A stretch of DNA of 64,000 bases from an uncultured Puniceicoccaceae bacterium (GTDB taxonomy: Bacteria; Verrucomicrobiota; Verrucomicrobiia; Opitutales; Oceanipulchritudinaceae). The stretch is from positions 224,001 to 288,000 of the forward strand of contig CAWVVV010000002.1 in NCBI GenBank assembly GCA_963933835.1. The letters run 5' to 3'. This document shows, one piece after another, positions 10,221-21,293 of this stretch (positions within the stretch are counted from its first letter, which is position 1; each line of letters opens with the position of its first letter). The notes below the pieces were generated by a model, which saw nothing but the letters and a program-made list of their open reading frames with translations, did not search any database and had not been told where the DNA came from. The position numbers and the translations under genes were made by a program.

Positions 10221-12137
10221 CTATTTGATTCTGGCCTTTGATTGAAGGGCAATCATGAGGATGGTTACATCGGTTGGATTTACCCCGCTGATGCGTCCAG
10301 CCTGCCCAAGCGTTGCGGGTCGAATCTCCTCCAGCTTGCTTCTGCTTTCCGCTCTCAATCCATTCACATTACTATAATCAAAATCCTGCGGAAGGCGTAC
10401 GCAATCTGCCTTCGCTAAACGTGCAACGAGTCGATTTCCACGCTCGAGATAGCCCTGATAGCGCACCCGATATAGAACCTCATCCTTTGCATCAGGGCTC
10501 AGTGATGCGAAAGCCTCTGGCAAGCCCTCTGCAGGGGCGCCGCGCCGAAGATGCGTACCCCAGGTATCGCCTTCAAATCGTTCTTTCTCAAGGGTTTGCA
10601 CAGCCGTCATGATCAAAGATGCTTGAGACTCCATCCGCTTTAGACGCGCCTCTGGCGCCAAGCTAAGGGCCCTCGTATGGCCCCCAAGGCGCATCTCAGC
10701 ACTGCCATGGTTAAAGAGCAATCGATGCTCCGCGCGGCTCGTAAACATTCGATAAGGCTCCAAGGTTCCCTTTGTCACTAGATCGTCGATTAAGACGCCA
10801 ATGTAACCCTCATGGCGACCGATGATCAGCGCCTCCTCTCCCCTCACCTTCTGAATAGCATTTACCCCCGCAATAAGCCCTTGAGCGGCGGCTTCTTCAT
10901 AGCCCGAGGTGCCATTGATCTGCCCAGCAAAGAAGAGCCCTTCGACCTTCTTCGACTCTAAGCTCGCGAATACCTGCGTAGGTGGGGCGAAATCATACTC
11001 CACGGCGTATGCAGGCCTAAGCATCTGGGCAGATTCGAGGCCTGGGATCGTTTTCAGCATCTCCTCTTGGATATCGAAGGGCAGACTCGTAGATAAGCCG
11101 TTGATATACCATTCGTCGGTGTTTCGGCCCTCAGGCTCCAAATACAGGCGATGCCCCGGTTTATGGGCGAATTTGACGTATTTGTCTTCAATGCTCGGAC
11201 AGTAGCGTGGGCCTGTTCCTTCAATCATGCCTCCATATAGTGGTGAACGATGAAGGTTTTCTGTAATCAAGTCCCCTGTTTCCTGCGTCGTCGACGTCAT
11301 CCAGCAAGAAACTTGGTCTACGCCCGGCGTCCAACCAGGCAAACGCTGGTCGTTTTGTTCCACGTGGAACATTAGCTCATCATACTTCGTATTAAAAATC
11401 CGTTTACCTTGTTCCACGTGGAACAATGGCTCATCCGACCTCGTCTCATAGAAGCCAAATAAGCTCGGGAGCGTGTCACCAGGCTGTTCTTCAAGCCCTG
11501 TAAAATTAATCGAGCGGCCTAAAAGGCGGCATGGCGTACCTGTTTTGAGTCGCTGGAGTTCAATTCCCGCCTCCTCAAAGCTGCCCGAGAGCGTCTTTGC
11601 AGTGAAATCGCCCATCCGGCCACCTTCCGTCTTATTTGAGCCAACATGCATCATCGCTCGAAGGAACGTGCCCGTGGTGACGATGACTGTTTCCCCTTTG
11701 AAATCGATGTCCAGATTGGTTCGAACCCCTAGAACACGACCTGATTTAAAGATCAGGCCTGTCGCAACCGCCTGAAATACGGTCAAATTCTCCTGACATT
11801 CAAGCCGGTGCTTCATTCTGAGTTGATAAGCCTTCTTATCGCACTGCGCGCGTGGCCCCTGAACGGCCGGGCCCTTCGAGCTATTCAAAAGACGGAATTG
11901 AATCCCACTCACATCGGCATTTACGCCCATTTCTCCGCCAAGAGCGTCAATTTCCCGAACAATGTGGCCTTTAGCGAGGCCACCGATTGCAGGGTTGCAG
12001 CTCATCTGGGCAATTGTGTCCAGATTTCCAGTTAGCAGAAGGGTGCGACCACCCATGCGTGCGGCTGCCAGGGCCGCTTCGCAGCCAGCATGGCCTGCGC
12101 CGCAGATAATCGTGTCGTAGTTGTCCGTTAAGCTCAT
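10221..12137 (-). CDS. mnmG: tRNA uridine 5-carboxymethylaminomethyl modification enzyme MnmG (GidA)
   Basis: [46 protein letters not shown]. Confidence 0.99.
   Translation of the reverse strand: MSLTDNYDTIICGAGHAGCEAALAAARMGGRTLLLTGNLDTIAQMSCNPAIGGLAKGHIVREIDALGGEMGVNADVSGIQFRLLNSSKGPAVQGPRAQCDKKAYQLRMKHRLECQENLTVFQAVATGLIFKSGRVLGVRTNLDIDFKGETVIVTTGTFLRAMMHVGSNKTEGGRMGDFTAKTLSGSFEEAGIELQRLKTGTPCRLLGRSINFTGLEEQPGDTLPSLFGFYETRSDEPLFHVEQGKRIFNTKYDELMFHVEQNDQRLPGWTPGVDQVSCWMTSTTQETGDLITENLHRSPLYGGMIEGTGPRYCPSIEDKYVKFAHKPGHRLYLEPEGRNTDEWYINGLSTSLPFDIQEEMLKTIPGLESAQMLRPAYAVEYDFAPPTQVFASLESKKVEGLFFAGQINGTSGYEEAAAQGLIAGVNAIQKVRGEEALIIGRHEGYIGVLIDDLVTKGTLEPYRMFTSRAEHRLLFNHGSAEMRLGGHTRALSLAPEARLKRMESQASLIMTAVQTLEKERFEGDTWGTHLRRGAPAEGLPEAFASLSPDAKDEVLYRVRYQGYLERGNRLVARLAKADCVRLPQDFDYSNVNGLRAESRSKLEEIRPATLGQAGRISGVNPTDVTILMIALQSKARIK
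11356..11371. other. parS: parS centromere site (perfect palindrome) inside mnmG
   Basis: TGTTCCACGTGGAACA, exact match to the canonical parS consensus TGTTNCACGTGNAACA. Confidence 0.9.
11410..11425. other. parS: Second parS site inside mnmG
   Basis: TGTTCCACGTGGAACA, 54 bp from the first copy; the palindrome extends to 18 bp (11409-11426). Confidence 0.9.
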
Positions 12138-13501
12138 TTTCCGATGCAGAATGAGCCAAAGAGCTCATCAAGCATCTGCTCGCTGTCAATTCTGCCAACG
12201 ATACGGCCAATTGCTTCGATCGCTAAATGCAAATCAGTTGCGGCCAACTCAATTGAACTTCCCGCCCTGAGCTTCCCAAGAGCTTCTGACACTTTCGACT
12301 TCACCTCCGCAAGTGCAGCTGAATGCCGTGCAGAAACCGCCACGTCAGCATCTTCAGGCACTTTAAAGTCGGTATCAAGATATCTGATGAGCGCCTTTTG
12401 CAGATCATACAGGCCGTCACCCGTTAAGGCTGAAACCCTGATGATATCTACGCTTGAAGGCGATACATCCATCACGCTCGAGGCCTCATCAACCAAATCT
12501 GCCTTATTCAAAACCCGAATCAGGGCTTTCTTTTCAAAATCCTTCAGCGTGTTCGCATCCAAGGCGATATGATCCTCCTGGGCATCAATAATATGGAGGA
12601 TCAAATCTGCCTTTTTGGCCATTTCGAGACTCTTGGCCATCCCGGCTTCTTCGATTTTCGACCCAGAATCTCTCAATCCGGCGGTATCAAAATAGCGAAC
12701 GAGATGCCCGCCCAGGGTGCCACGCACCTCGATGAAGTCTCTTGTCGTGCCTGCTTCTTCGCTGACGATCGCGCGGTCATCAGCGACTAAGCGGTTGAGT
12801 AGGGAGCTCTTACCGGCATTCGGTGCGCCGACTAGGACGACACTAATTCCATCTTGAAGACGATTCCGATACTGCTCCGTCGCCATCAGTTGATCGATTG
12901 CGTTCTGAAAGTCGCTCAATTCAGCCACGGGCCCAGAAACATCTTCTGCGGGCAGGTCTTCATCAGGAAAATCAATGTAAGCCTCTAAGTGAGCCGTCAC
13001 TCTAAGCAATCGCTCTACCAAGTTTGATACATGCTTCCCTAGGGCGCCTGCTAGCTGCTGCTGCGCGATCTTTAGCGATTGCTCACTACGGGCCCGAATG
13101 ACGTCAACGACGGCCTCAGCTTGGGCCAAGTCCATCTTCCCGTTAACAAAGGCTGTTTTAGTGAACTCTCCTGGCTCAGCCTGCCGCGCACCGCGCTGCT
13201 CTAGGTCCTCGAGTAACCGTTGTACAATAAAGGGGCTACCGTGCGAGATCAGCTCCAGCATGTCTTCGCCGGTAAACGATTTTGGTCCAGCGTAGTAGAC
13301 CCAGACGAGATGATCGAGCGTCTTGCCTGAGAGATTACGGTAGTGACTTAGCCGGGTCAGCCTAGGCGCAAGGGTAGGGGAGCGGTCCTTCTCAATAAGG
13401 GCGCCTTCGATGATCGAACGAACCAAGCTTCCTGAGATTCGCATGACCGCGAGGGCTGCTTCGCCCGGCGGCGTTGCAAGAGCTACGATTGTATCGCTCA
13501 C
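12134..13501 (-). CDS. mnmE: tRNA modification GTPase MnmE (TrmE)
   Basis: [31 protein letters not shown]-terminal FCIGK. Confidence 0.99.
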   Translation of the reverse strand: MSDTIVALATPPGEAALAVMRISGSLVRSIIEGALIEKDRSPTLAPRLTRLSHYRNLSGKTLDHLVWVYYAGPKSFTGEDMLELISHGSPFIVQRLLEDLEQRGARQAEPGEFTKTAFVNGKMDLAQAEAVVDVIRARSEQSLKIAQQQLAGALGKHVSNLVERLLRVTAHLEAYIDFPDEDLPAEDVSGPVAELSDFQNAIDQLMATEQYRNRLQDGISVVLVGAPNAGKSSLLNRLVADDRAIVSEEAGTTRDFIEVRGTLGGHLVRYFDTAGLRDSGSKIEEAGMAKSLEMAKKADLILHIIDAQEDHIALDANTLKDFEKKALIRVLNKADLVDEASSVMDVSPSSVDIIRVSALTGDGLYDLQKALIRYLDTDFKVPEDADVAVSARHSAALAEVKSKVSEALGKLRAGSSIELAATDLHLAIEAIGRIVGRIDSEQMLDELFGSFCIGK

Positions 13502-13519
13502 CTGTATGTAGTAAGAATT

Positions 13520-14599
13520 CTACGACGCTTCGATCGCGGGTGTTTCTTTCTCGCTAGCGGCGAGCGAGCTACCACCGACGACCTTAACCTTGCCGTAAAT
13601 CTCTTGAGTGATTTTCTCAGCAACATCTTGATTCTCAGCAAGATACAACTTTGATGCTTCACGACCCTGGCCAATTAAATTTCCTTCGTAGGAAAACCAT
13701 GAGCCTTTCTTTTCAACGATTTTATGTTCTAGGCCGAGATCCAAAATAGAACCGTTTCGAGATATGCCTTCGTTATACATGATATCGAATTCACAGTCGG
13801 TGAAGGGTGGGGCGACCTTGTTCTTCACGACTTTTAGGCGAGTGCGGTTGCCCACCACTTTGCCTGTGGTGTCTTTGATTTGACCGATGCGACGAATGTC
13901 CATCCGGATCGAAGCAAAGAACTTAAGAGCACGACCACCCGGTTGAGTTTCAGGGCTACCAAACATCACTCCGATCTTTTCTCGGATTTGGTTCGTAAAG
14001 AGAACAACACACTGCGTGCGGCTGATCGCAGCGGTGAGACGACGCATCGCTTGACTCATCATACGGGCCTGAAGCCCTACGGTGTTATCACCAAACTGGC
14101 CATCGAGTTCGTTTTTCGAAACGAGCGCCGCCACCGAGTCGATCACGATGATATCGATTGCGCCGGAACGAATAAGCGTCTCGGTGATATTCAAGGCGTC
14201 TTCACCGCTCTCTGGCTGTGCCACCATCAAGTTATCGATGTCGACGCCGACAATGCGCGCGAAGCGGGGGTCGAGGGCGTGCTCAACATCGATAAAGACG
14301 GCATTTCCGCCCTTGCGCTGAGCTTCTGCAATGAGCGCCAAGCAAAGGGTTGTTTTCCCCGAGGACTCCGGACCATAAATCTCCGCAATCCTTCCTTTTG
14401 GAAGGCCTCCGACGCCGAGCGCTAGATCAATTGAAGGGCAGCCCGTCGGGATGACCTTCACATCCATCTTATTCGAGTCACCCAGCTTCGTGATCGCCAT
14501 AGCGCCGAACTGTTTGTTGATCGCAGCCAAGGCGTGATCGAGGTCTTTGTTCCCGCTACTAATTGGAGCCGGGGTGAGGGTTCGGGAGGATTTAGCCAT
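13520..14599 (-). CDS. recA: Recombinase RecA
   Basis: [35 protein letters not shown]. Confidence 0.99.
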   Translation of the reverse strand: MAKSSRTLTPAPISSGNKDLDHALAAINKQFGAMAITKLGDSNKMDVKVIPTGCPSIDLALGVGGLPKGRIAEIYGPESSGKTTLCLALIAEAQRKGGNAVFIDVEHALDPRFARIVGVDIDNLMVAQPESGEDALNITETLIRSGAIDIIVIDSVAALVSKNELDGQFGDNTVGLQARMMSQAMRRLTAAISRTQCVVLFTNQIREKIGVMFGSPETQPGGRALKFFASIRMDIRRIGQIKDTTGKVVGNRTRLKVVKNKVAPPFTDCEFDIMYNEGISRNGSILDLGLEHKIVEKKGSWFSYEGNLIGQGREASKLYLAENQDVAEKITQEIYGKVKVVGGSSLAASEKETPAIEAS

Positions 14600-14685
14600 A
14601 GAAAATCGGTGGAGTGTTCGTAAGCAGTCAGAGGCTGCCGTTGGTAGTGGGAATGTGAGCAACTTACTTTCCAGAGCAAGTGAAA

Positions 14686-14703
14686 AGTGTTTATTTGTTC
14701 ACT
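14686..14703. promoter_or_regulatory. Imperfect palindrome upstream of recA, candidate LexA operator
   Basis: AGTGTTTATTTGTTCACT; 3 mismatches to TGTTC-N4-GAACA, the motif I recall for Verrucomicrobia LexA. Confidence 0.3.
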
Positions 14704-14777
14704 ATTTATCACCCTTGGTACTTTTTCAGTATTGGTTTCGATTTGCTCAATTCATCCGGCCGCGTTTCCATCTTGAT

Positions 14778-16541
14778 ATGCAGGTCGCTGAAACCGCTGA
14801 AAATCTCCGTGTCGCTCCTCACGCATACTTTTGCGTCTTTAATTCGCGCAACAAGCTCTGGGTTGAAGGACCCCCTTCAGAAACCGGAAAACGCTCGCCA
14901 TTGAGCCTCGCGGGCGACTCGAAGTCTACTGATGTAGAGCAACTTATAGCATCGAACTGGCCAGGGGTAGGAACACCAAAGTCTGTTCTTGGGGGCAGCG
15001 ACACCTCGCCGGGCACGCCGCTATGGCTCGCTCGCTGGGAACATCCGCTTGAGGAAGATCCGCGTCCCGAAAGGGCAGGGGATTGGTTCGCCCTGAGGGG
15101 CCTTAGCAGCGCCATAGAGAGCCAACCAGAGGCATGGGATCCCGTTTGGAAGTCGATCATCGAGACTCTAAATCTCCACGCCATCGAAATTCCTTACCTC
15201 AATTTCGGCCGCAATGAGTTCATTTACCGTTTTCGGACCGACCGCCAACGCAACCGGGAGATCTATCAATCGGACGCGGTTTCAAAAGCGCTCTACCAAA
15301 GCCAACTATGCGCCGCCGTTAAAGCCGCTCGTCGACTGCGTGAAAATACTAGTGGCGAACCCGCCCGGCTGAATTTTGGCCGCATCGAGTACCTTCTACC
15401 GAGTCACTTCGGTTTTTGCCTTGGGGTCCAAAATGCGATCGAACGGGCCTATGAAGTGCTCGCGGCGCATCCCGACAAGCGGGTCTTCATGCTCAGCGAA
15501 CTCATCCATAACCCTTTTGTAAACAAAGACCTACAGAGGCGTGGCTTACATTATCTTCAGACTGACAAAGGCGTCACTCTCGATGATCCCGAAACCGGAA
15601 AACCGTACTGGGAAACCCTCTCCGATAAGGACATCGTCATTGTTCCTGCCTTCGGCGCGACGAACGAAGACAAAGTCCGCCTTGTCCAGCGTGGCCTCCC
15701 ATTCAACGAATACGACGCGACCTGCATGCTCGTTGAAAAAGTCTGGAAGGCCGGGCGGCGCTTCGCCGACGAAGGCTACACTGTAGTGATCCACGGCAAG
15801 GCAGAGCACGAAGAAACCAAGGCGACCTTCTCAAACATCGCCCGCTATGGTCCGGCACTGGTTGTGCGGGATTCGGCTGAGACCAAAATCGTTGCTCAGA
15901 TCATCATGGAAGACGATCCGAAGAGCGGCGAAGCACTCTTCGAAAAACACTTTAAAGCGAAAGCAACAACCGGGTTCGATCCCGCCCGAGACTTGAAGAA
16001 AATTGCCGTCGTCAATCAAACAACCCTCCTGCGTAACGAGACTCTCTCAATCATTGAAGTATTGGAAAAGGCGCTCGAAGAACGCTTCCCGGGGACGCCC
16101 AATCTGCATCCAAAGAACCGCGGAGATACCCTCTGCTACGCAACGCAGGTCAACCAAGATGCTCTGCAAAATGCGCTCGAAGAAGGCATCGACCTTGCTC
16201 TCGTGGCAGGCGGCAAAAATTCGAGCAACACTTTCCAGCTCTACCGTGTCTGCCAAGCATCGATGGGAGACCGGTCCGCTTACATTCAAAGCGAAGAAAA
16301 CCTTTTGAGCAAAGAGCACGTCCTGCACTACCACTTCGCCCAGAATTCGAATGACGAGAAAGCCGGCACCTTTGAAAAACGGGCCATCGATCTCTCAGGT
16401 GAGAATCCAATCAAGGTACTGATTACGGGTGGAGCCAGCTGTCCAGATGGGATCATCCAACAGATCATCACCCGCTATAACAGCTACTTTGACGCGGACA
16501 AACTGCGTCCGATTGAAGCCATTCTCGAAGAGCTTGAGTAA
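14778..16541 (+). CDS. ispH: 4-hydroxy-3-methylbut-2-enyl diphosphate reductase with an extra N-terminal Nudix/Idi-like domain
   Basis: FGFCLGV, LIHN, DATC, HEE, NQTT, DTLCYATQVNQ, GGKNSSNT, TGGASCP; about 200 aa precede the core. Confidence 0.93.
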   Translation: MQVAETAENLRVAPHAYFCVFNSRNKLWVEGPPSETGKRSPLSLAGDSKSTDVEQLIASNWPGVGTPKSVLGGSDTSPGTPLWLARWEHPLEEDPRPERAGDWFALRGLSSAIESQPEAWDPVWKSIIETLNLHAIEIPYLNFGRNEFIYRFRTDRQRNREIYQSDAVSKALYQSQLCAAVKAARRLRENTSGEPARLNFGRIEYLLPSHFGFCLGVQNAIERAYEVLAAHPDKRVFMLSELIHNPFVNKDLQRRGLHYLQTDKGVTLDDPETGKPYWETLSDKDIVIVPAFGATNEDKVRLVQRGLPFNEYDATCMLVEKVWKAGRRFADEGYTVVIHGKAEHEETKATFSNIARYGPALVVRDSAETKIVAQIIMEDDPKSGEALFEKHFKAKATTGFDPARDLKKIAVVNQTTLLRNETLSIIEVLEKALEERFPGTPNLHPKNRGDTLCYATQVNQDALQNALEEGIDLALVAGGKNSSNTFQLYRVCQASMGDRSAYIQSEENLLSKEHVLHYHFAQNSNDEKAGTFEKRAIDLSGENPIKVLITGGASCPDGIIQQIITRYNSYFDADKLRPIEAILEELE

Positions 16542-16559
16542 GCCCCTTCGCATTGGAAT

Positions 16560-17453
16560 CTAGTACTTCCGCGAAATTCCGAAGTAGGCGAGGGTCCAGA
16601 TTTCTTTCCATATCCGGGCTCTACCAGCAGTACTGATTCGGTGGAGATCGTCTTCACTTAAGGTGCTCAAAAATCCGAGCTCTCGATTTAACTGCTCGAT
16701 CGTCCGATTTGACCTATTCAAGTCCTCAAGCGGCTCGGCTTCATTTTCTGACAAAGGCAGGTCTAGCGCATCACAGCGGGCGAGATGGCGATTGTAGAGG
16801 CGCTCAATCGAGCGCGTGCGTGGCCGCCGTTCGATTTGCCATCCTTCTGGATAAAAGCCCCCGTAAGGGAGAAAGAAATTGTCCGTGATCAGGCGCTCTT
16901 CCGTCTCGGTCACCGACTGAAACGTAGCCGCATAGGCGCCCACTCCCTGCCGATGCGGAAAAAACAGAAACGCGGCGCGCACCAAATGATCACTGCGATC
17001 GAAGACAACGAGCCGGATCGAAATCTCATCATGGTGCTTCGCGATAAGCGATTGCGTCTGGGTAAAGCCATTCTTCCGCAGCCAGTCACGGAGCCGGATA
17101 TAGGGCTCATCACTCGGCCATTCGGCACCTGCGGTATTTTCGCTGAAGCGCGGAAAGAGGGGGAGGTCACTTTGACTAATCGTCGAAACAACGAGCCATG
17201 TGTAGATGCTCTCGAGCAAAAACCAGCCAAGCAGCGTGACGGAGGATATGACCCAAAGAGGATGTCCCTTATAATCAAAGGCAAGCGCGACGCTCGCGCT
17301 CGTAAGGGCGACAAGCGACCACCAGATCCACCGCGCCCCAATGCTCACATTGGGCGAGGCACCCTGTCGAATCCTCCAAAAGAGGAAGGCCATGCATAGA
17401 GCAGCGAAAAATTGCGCTCCGTACAGGAAGGTATGCCCTGGATTAAGCTCCAT
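16560..17453 (-). CDS. Hypothetical membrane protein (about 3 N-terminal TM helices)
   Basis: 297-aa ORF downstream of dnaN with a hydrophobic N-terminus. Confidence 0.75.
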   Translation of the reverse strand: MELNPGHTFLYGAQFFAALCMAFLFWRIRQGASPNVSIGARWIWWSLVALTSASVALAFDYKGHPLWVISSVTLLGWFLLESIYTWLVVSTISQSDLPLFPRFSENTAGAEWPSDEPYIRLRDWLRKNGFTQTQSLIAKHHDEISIRLVVFDRSDHLVRAAFLFFPHRQGVGAYAATFQSVTETEERLITDNFFLPYGGFYPEGWQIERRPRTRSIERLYNRHLARCDALDLPLSENEAEPLEDLNRSNRTIEQLNRELGFLSTLSEDDLHRISTAGRARIWKEIWTLAYFGISRKY

Positions 17454-17520
17454 CTAAATTATTTTGGGCTCTGCGGGGTGTGGGAAGATCAATCACAGAG
17501 ACAGCTGGACCACAGGGGCC

Positions 17521-18654
17521 TTAGTTCAGCCGCAAGGGCATGACGACACAAAGGAAGCTGTCTGGAGTGCGAACGACTCCAGGGCTAAGCTCATCTTTGA
17601 ATTCGAAGATAATCTCGTCACGAGTGACCGCTTTTAGCGGATCGAGAAGGAAGCTTGGATTGAAAGCAACCGAGACGTCCGGACCGGAATATTCGACATT
17701 CAAAGAGACGTTCGACTCTCCAAATTCTGGGCTAAAGCCCGTCACCTCAAGTTGGTTTTCCGTCACATTGACCTTCACCGAATTGCTCTTGTCGCTCGCA
17801 ACGAGCGCCGCGCGACTGATGCATTTCGCAAACGACTCGCGGTTCACTTTGAAGTGCTGGTCGTTCTCTTTCGGTATGACTTGGCGGTAGTTCGGGTAAT
17901 TCCCTTCAACCACTTTTGAAACCAGGTAGATGTTGTCCAAAAGACCTGCCTCGGCCGCAGCATCAGCCTCGGTGTTGATCTCAAACGCAACTTGGCGGTC
18001 ATTGAAAGCGATCTTAACGCTATCACCTTGACCGAGCAGACGCTCCACTTCGCCAACCGTCTTTGCTGGGAGGATGAGGTGCCCAGCGTTGTCGTCGGTC
18101 ACTTCGACTTCTTTGCTGATCACCGCGAGGCGGCGACCATCTGTAGCAGCGAGGGTGAGACCATTGCTTTCGAAATTAAAGAAAACGCCGTTCATGATGT
18201 AACGAGTCTCATCAGAAGACTGGGCGTAAGAGACGCTCTTGAGCATGCGGACCAAATCGTCCTGACGGAGCATGAAGATGTGCTGATCGTTGAAGGTCGG
18301 CAGCGGCGGAAACTCCTCCGAGCTGATCCCCATCATGCGGAAAAGCGTCTGACCCGAACTGAGCTTAGCCTGGTGGTTGCTGTAGGTCTCAACTTCGACA
18401 TCCAACGAAGGCAATTCGCGGACAATGCTGAAAAGTTTACGCACTGGCAGGGTGAGGGCTCCTTTTTCGACAACGTCTGCTTTGATTCGGCAACGAATAC
18501 CGAGATCCAGATTTGTCGTCGTGAGCGAAATTTGATCATCGGCAGCTTCGATCAACACATTGCTGAGGATCGGCATCGTAGCACGGGTTCCGACGACGTT
18601 GAGAACTTGCTGAAGGCCACTGGTGAAGTGATCACGATTTATCTTAAACTTCAT
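17521..18654 (-). CDS. dnaN: DNA polymerase III beta sliding clamp
   Basis: [36 protein letters not shown]. Confidence 0.99.
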   Translation of the reverse strand: MKFKINRDHFTSGLQQVLNVVGTRATMPILSNVLIEAADDQISLTTTNLDLGIRCRIKADVVEKGALTLPVRKLFSIVRELPSLDVEVETYSNHQAKLSSGQTLFRMMGISSEEFPPLPTFNDQHIFMLRQDDLVRMLKSVSYAQSSDETRYIMNGVFFNFESNGLTLAATDGRRLAVISKEVEVTDDNAGHLILPAKTVGEVERLLGQGDSVKIAFNDRQVAFEINTEADAAAEAGLLDNIYLVSKVVEGNYPNYRQVIPKENDQHFKVNRESFAKCISRAALVASDKSNSVKVNVTENQLEVTGFSPEFGESNVSLNVEYSGPDVSVAFNPSFLLDPLKAVTRDEIIFEFKDELSPGVVRTPDSFLCVVMPLRLN

Positions 18655-18739
18655 GAATGCTAAGGATTTGAAGGGGCTCAAAGGTGAGGAGCAATCCATT
18701 TTCAAATTGGATCGAAACCGCTTGAGGTTAGGAAAACTA

Positions 18740-18960
18740 AGGTTGGCTGAATAACAACTGACAATGCTTATCTATTATATAGATATATCATATAAATATC
18801 TATCTTCTTAATATAGGCTGTAAATTTGAGAATAGTCTCCTAAATCACTCATTCAGAAACTCCTAAGTGACCTTTACTGGGTAGAACAACTTGTCGAAGC
18901 AGATTCACCAATTGTGTGTATGAGTGTAAGTCAGGTGATATTCACAGTGACTTCACAGGC
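18740..18960. other. Putative chromosomal replication origin (oriC)
   Basis: AT-rich tract 18768-18815 (42/48 A+T) beside DnaA-box-like 9-mers at 18819-18827, 18827-18835, 18849-18857, 18915-18923 and 18938-18946; upstream of dnaN and 7 kb from parS/mnmG. Confidence 0.7.
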
Positions 18961-19052
18961 TGTCAGCGGACTAATCTCATTTGCGCCCGAAAATGCCAGA
19001 TATGGCTTGAAGACGAGTGTTTAAGGGACATCCAGCTTGATTAAGGATGGGA

Positions 19053-19940
19053 TCAACCCTCAAGCTCTGCGACTCGTTTATCTTGCCTCCATTTTTGAAA
19101 AGCGCGGAAGACACCAAAGAGGATATAACCAACGAAGGATGCCGCGACCGCGATAAAGTGAAATTGGTAGATGATCACGGCCGCTAGGAGGACGAGTAGA
19201 AAGCTTGTAAGACTAAGGCGCGTTTTTTGGCCGATCGATTTGAAACTTGGATAGGGTAGGCTGCTCACCATCAGGATCGAAATGACGACGAGCAGGAGTG
19301 GAAGTCCAAGGACGGCTAATTTGAGCTCAGGAAACCCTTCAATCTCTGAATTAACCAAGAGAACAAACGAGGCCACCGTGCCTGCTGCTGCTGGCACAGG
19401 TAGTCCTAAGAAGTCCTTAGTGGTCTCTTCGCCATTCACTTGTGCTTCTGCCAGAACATTAAATCGAGCAAGGCGCACGGCCGCACACAGTAGATAGAAG
19501 AAGCCGACAATGCCGCCGAGTGTCCGGACGAGTGGAAAATCCTGCCCGGGATTCAAAAGAAAGAAGAAGACGAGCAAGGCCGGAGCCATTCCGAAGGATA
19601 CCACATCGGCGAGCGAATCAAACTCGCGGCCGAAGCTAGACTCTTTACCCGTGATCCGCGCCATGCGGCCGTCGAGGCTATCGAAGAGGACCGCCGCGAG
19701 GATAAACCAGACCGCCTGTGTGTAGAGTGCTTCAGTCGTCGACGCACTCGTTTCCAAGAACTCGATCGACTGCCCCTGGCTGATCATAAGCGCTTGGATG
19801 CAACGAATGACGGCGACAAATCCGCAAAATAGATTCCCCGCTGTAAAGAGGTTTGGCAGAGCATAGATCTCTACACTCTCTCCCAACGCGCTGTTTTTGT
19901 CGGAAGCGCCCGCGTCGGGCTTCTCTAGTGAATCAGACAT
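19053..19940 (-). CDS. pssA: CDP-diacylglycerol--serine O-phosphatidyltransferase
   Basis: LPNLFTAGNLFCGF, DSLDGRMAR...FGREFDSLADVVSFG, RLARFN, FLGLPVPAAA. Confidence 0.92.
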   Translation of the reverse strand: MSDSLEKPDAGASDKNSALGESVEIYALPNLFTAGNLFCGFVAVIRCIQALMISQGQSIEFLETSASTTEALYTQAVWFILAAVLFDSLDGRMARITGKESSFGREFDSLADVVSFGMAPALLVFFFLLNPGQDFPLVRTLGGIVGFFYLLCAAVRLARFNVLAEAQVNGEETTKDFLGLPVPAAAGTVASFVLLVNSEIEGFPELKLAVLGLPLLLVVISILMVSSLPYPSFKSIGQKTRLSLTSFLLVLLAAVIIYQFHFIAVAASFVGYILFGVFRAFQKWRQDKRVAELEG

Positions 19941-20012
19941 TCACACTAAAAAAGAGAACGTTGCCCTGACTGACAAGTTGCTTCGAGGGTCCGAATCCGC
20001 CGCCCGTTCGTC

Positions 20013-21212
20013 TTAGCTCGGTTGCTGTGGGCCCAGATCGTTTGGCAAATCGACACCGCCAGCCAGCTTACGCGCATTTTCCCCTTCAAGGTAGAGAGTG
20101 CGGGTCGGAAAGGCCACCGAACTGCCATGGGCAGCGACCGACTGAGCTAGCTTCGTGTTGATGCGCTGGCGAATATCCATGTATTCGAGCCACTTTGTAG
20201 TCGTGGTAAAGTAGTAGACGAGAATATCGAGAGAACTCGCGCCGAAGTCGGTCCAATTCACGAGGATGAAGTCCTGGTTCACGCCCTCGTCTTCCTTGAG
20301 GACCCGCCTGAAATCCTCGACGATTTCATTCATCATTTCGGGGCTGGTCTCGTAGGTCACACCGATGACCTGCTTCACTCGGCGCTTCGGCATGCGTGAC
20401 CAATTGTTGATCTTCTCATTCGCGAGGACGGCATTGGGGATCGAAATGACGGTCTTTGGCCAGGTGCGCACTTTCGTCGAGCGCAGACCGATTTCCTCAA
20501 CATCGCCGTCGACATCGCTGCCGACTTGAATCCAGTCACCGACCTTAAACGGGCGATCGAGGATGAGGGCGATCGAGCCGTAGAGATTCGCGACCGTATC
20601 TTTTGCGGCGATCGCGAAAGCGAGACCGCCCACCCCGAGGGTAGCGAGGATACCGCCGATGTCGTAGCCGAGATTGTCGACCACCATCACGACGGCGACG
20701 ACGCTGAGAAATAGGCGCGCCGCTTTCTTTATTAAAGGAGCAAAACCGAAGAGCGCCCTTTGCCCTTCCGTTCCACCCATCGCGGCCGTCGCGGCATCGA
20801 CGAGGACATCGACGAGCCGTAGTAGACCCCAGAATACGATCACCATCGAAATGCCGCGAAAGGCTAGTGAGGCGAGGTCGTTCCATTCCGATTCGAGCGG
20901 AAGGACGCGAAAGGCGAAGAAGATCCCGAGGATGAGAATGAGCATCGAGGCAGGTTTCTCCAACGCATGGAGAAATCGGTCATCATACTCCATCTTGGTC
21001 CGCGCCGCGATCACCTTGAGCTGCGCGAAGACGATCCGCGTCAGTATCCCCCGCAAAACGAGCGCCCCTAAGATAATTCCGAAGGATAGAAACAATTGCC
21101 CAAGCGTAAATGGGCCGACCGCTTGTTCCGCGATCGAGGCATACCAGCTGTAGGCACTTTCCTCGGTCGCGGTTGCGTCAACTTGTGCGAAGAGTACGGG
21201 GAGAGAATTCAT
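20013..21212 (-). CDS. MscS-family mechanosensitive channel
   Basis: DRPFKVGDWI, VEEIGLRSTKVRT, IPN, AFPTRTL. Confidence 0.95.
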   Translation of the reverse strand: MNSLPVLFAQVDATATEESAYSWYASIAEQAVGPFTLGQLFLSFGIILGALVLRGILTRIVFAQLKVIAARTKMEYDDRFLHALEKPASMLILILGIFFAFRVLPLESEWNDLASLAFRGISMVIVFWGLLRLVDVLVDAATAAMGGTEGQRALFGFAPLIKKAARLFLSVVAVVMVVDNLGYDIGGILATLGVGGLAFAIAAKDTVANLYGSIALILDRPFKVGDWIQVGSDVDGDVEEIGLRSTKVRTWPKTVISIPNAVLANEKINNWSRMPKRRVKQVIGVTYETSPEMMNEIVEDFRRVLKEDEGVNQDFILVNWTDFGASSLDILVYYFTTTTKWLEYMDIRQRINTKLAQSVAAHGSSVAFPTRTLYLEGENARKLAGGVDLPNDLGPQQPS

Positions 21213-21293
21213 GAGGCAGGATTGAATGCCTCAATTTTTTTTGCGCAATGGCTTTTCCTCGCGAGAAATCGTTCGCTTCAAAGAAGCATAGCC

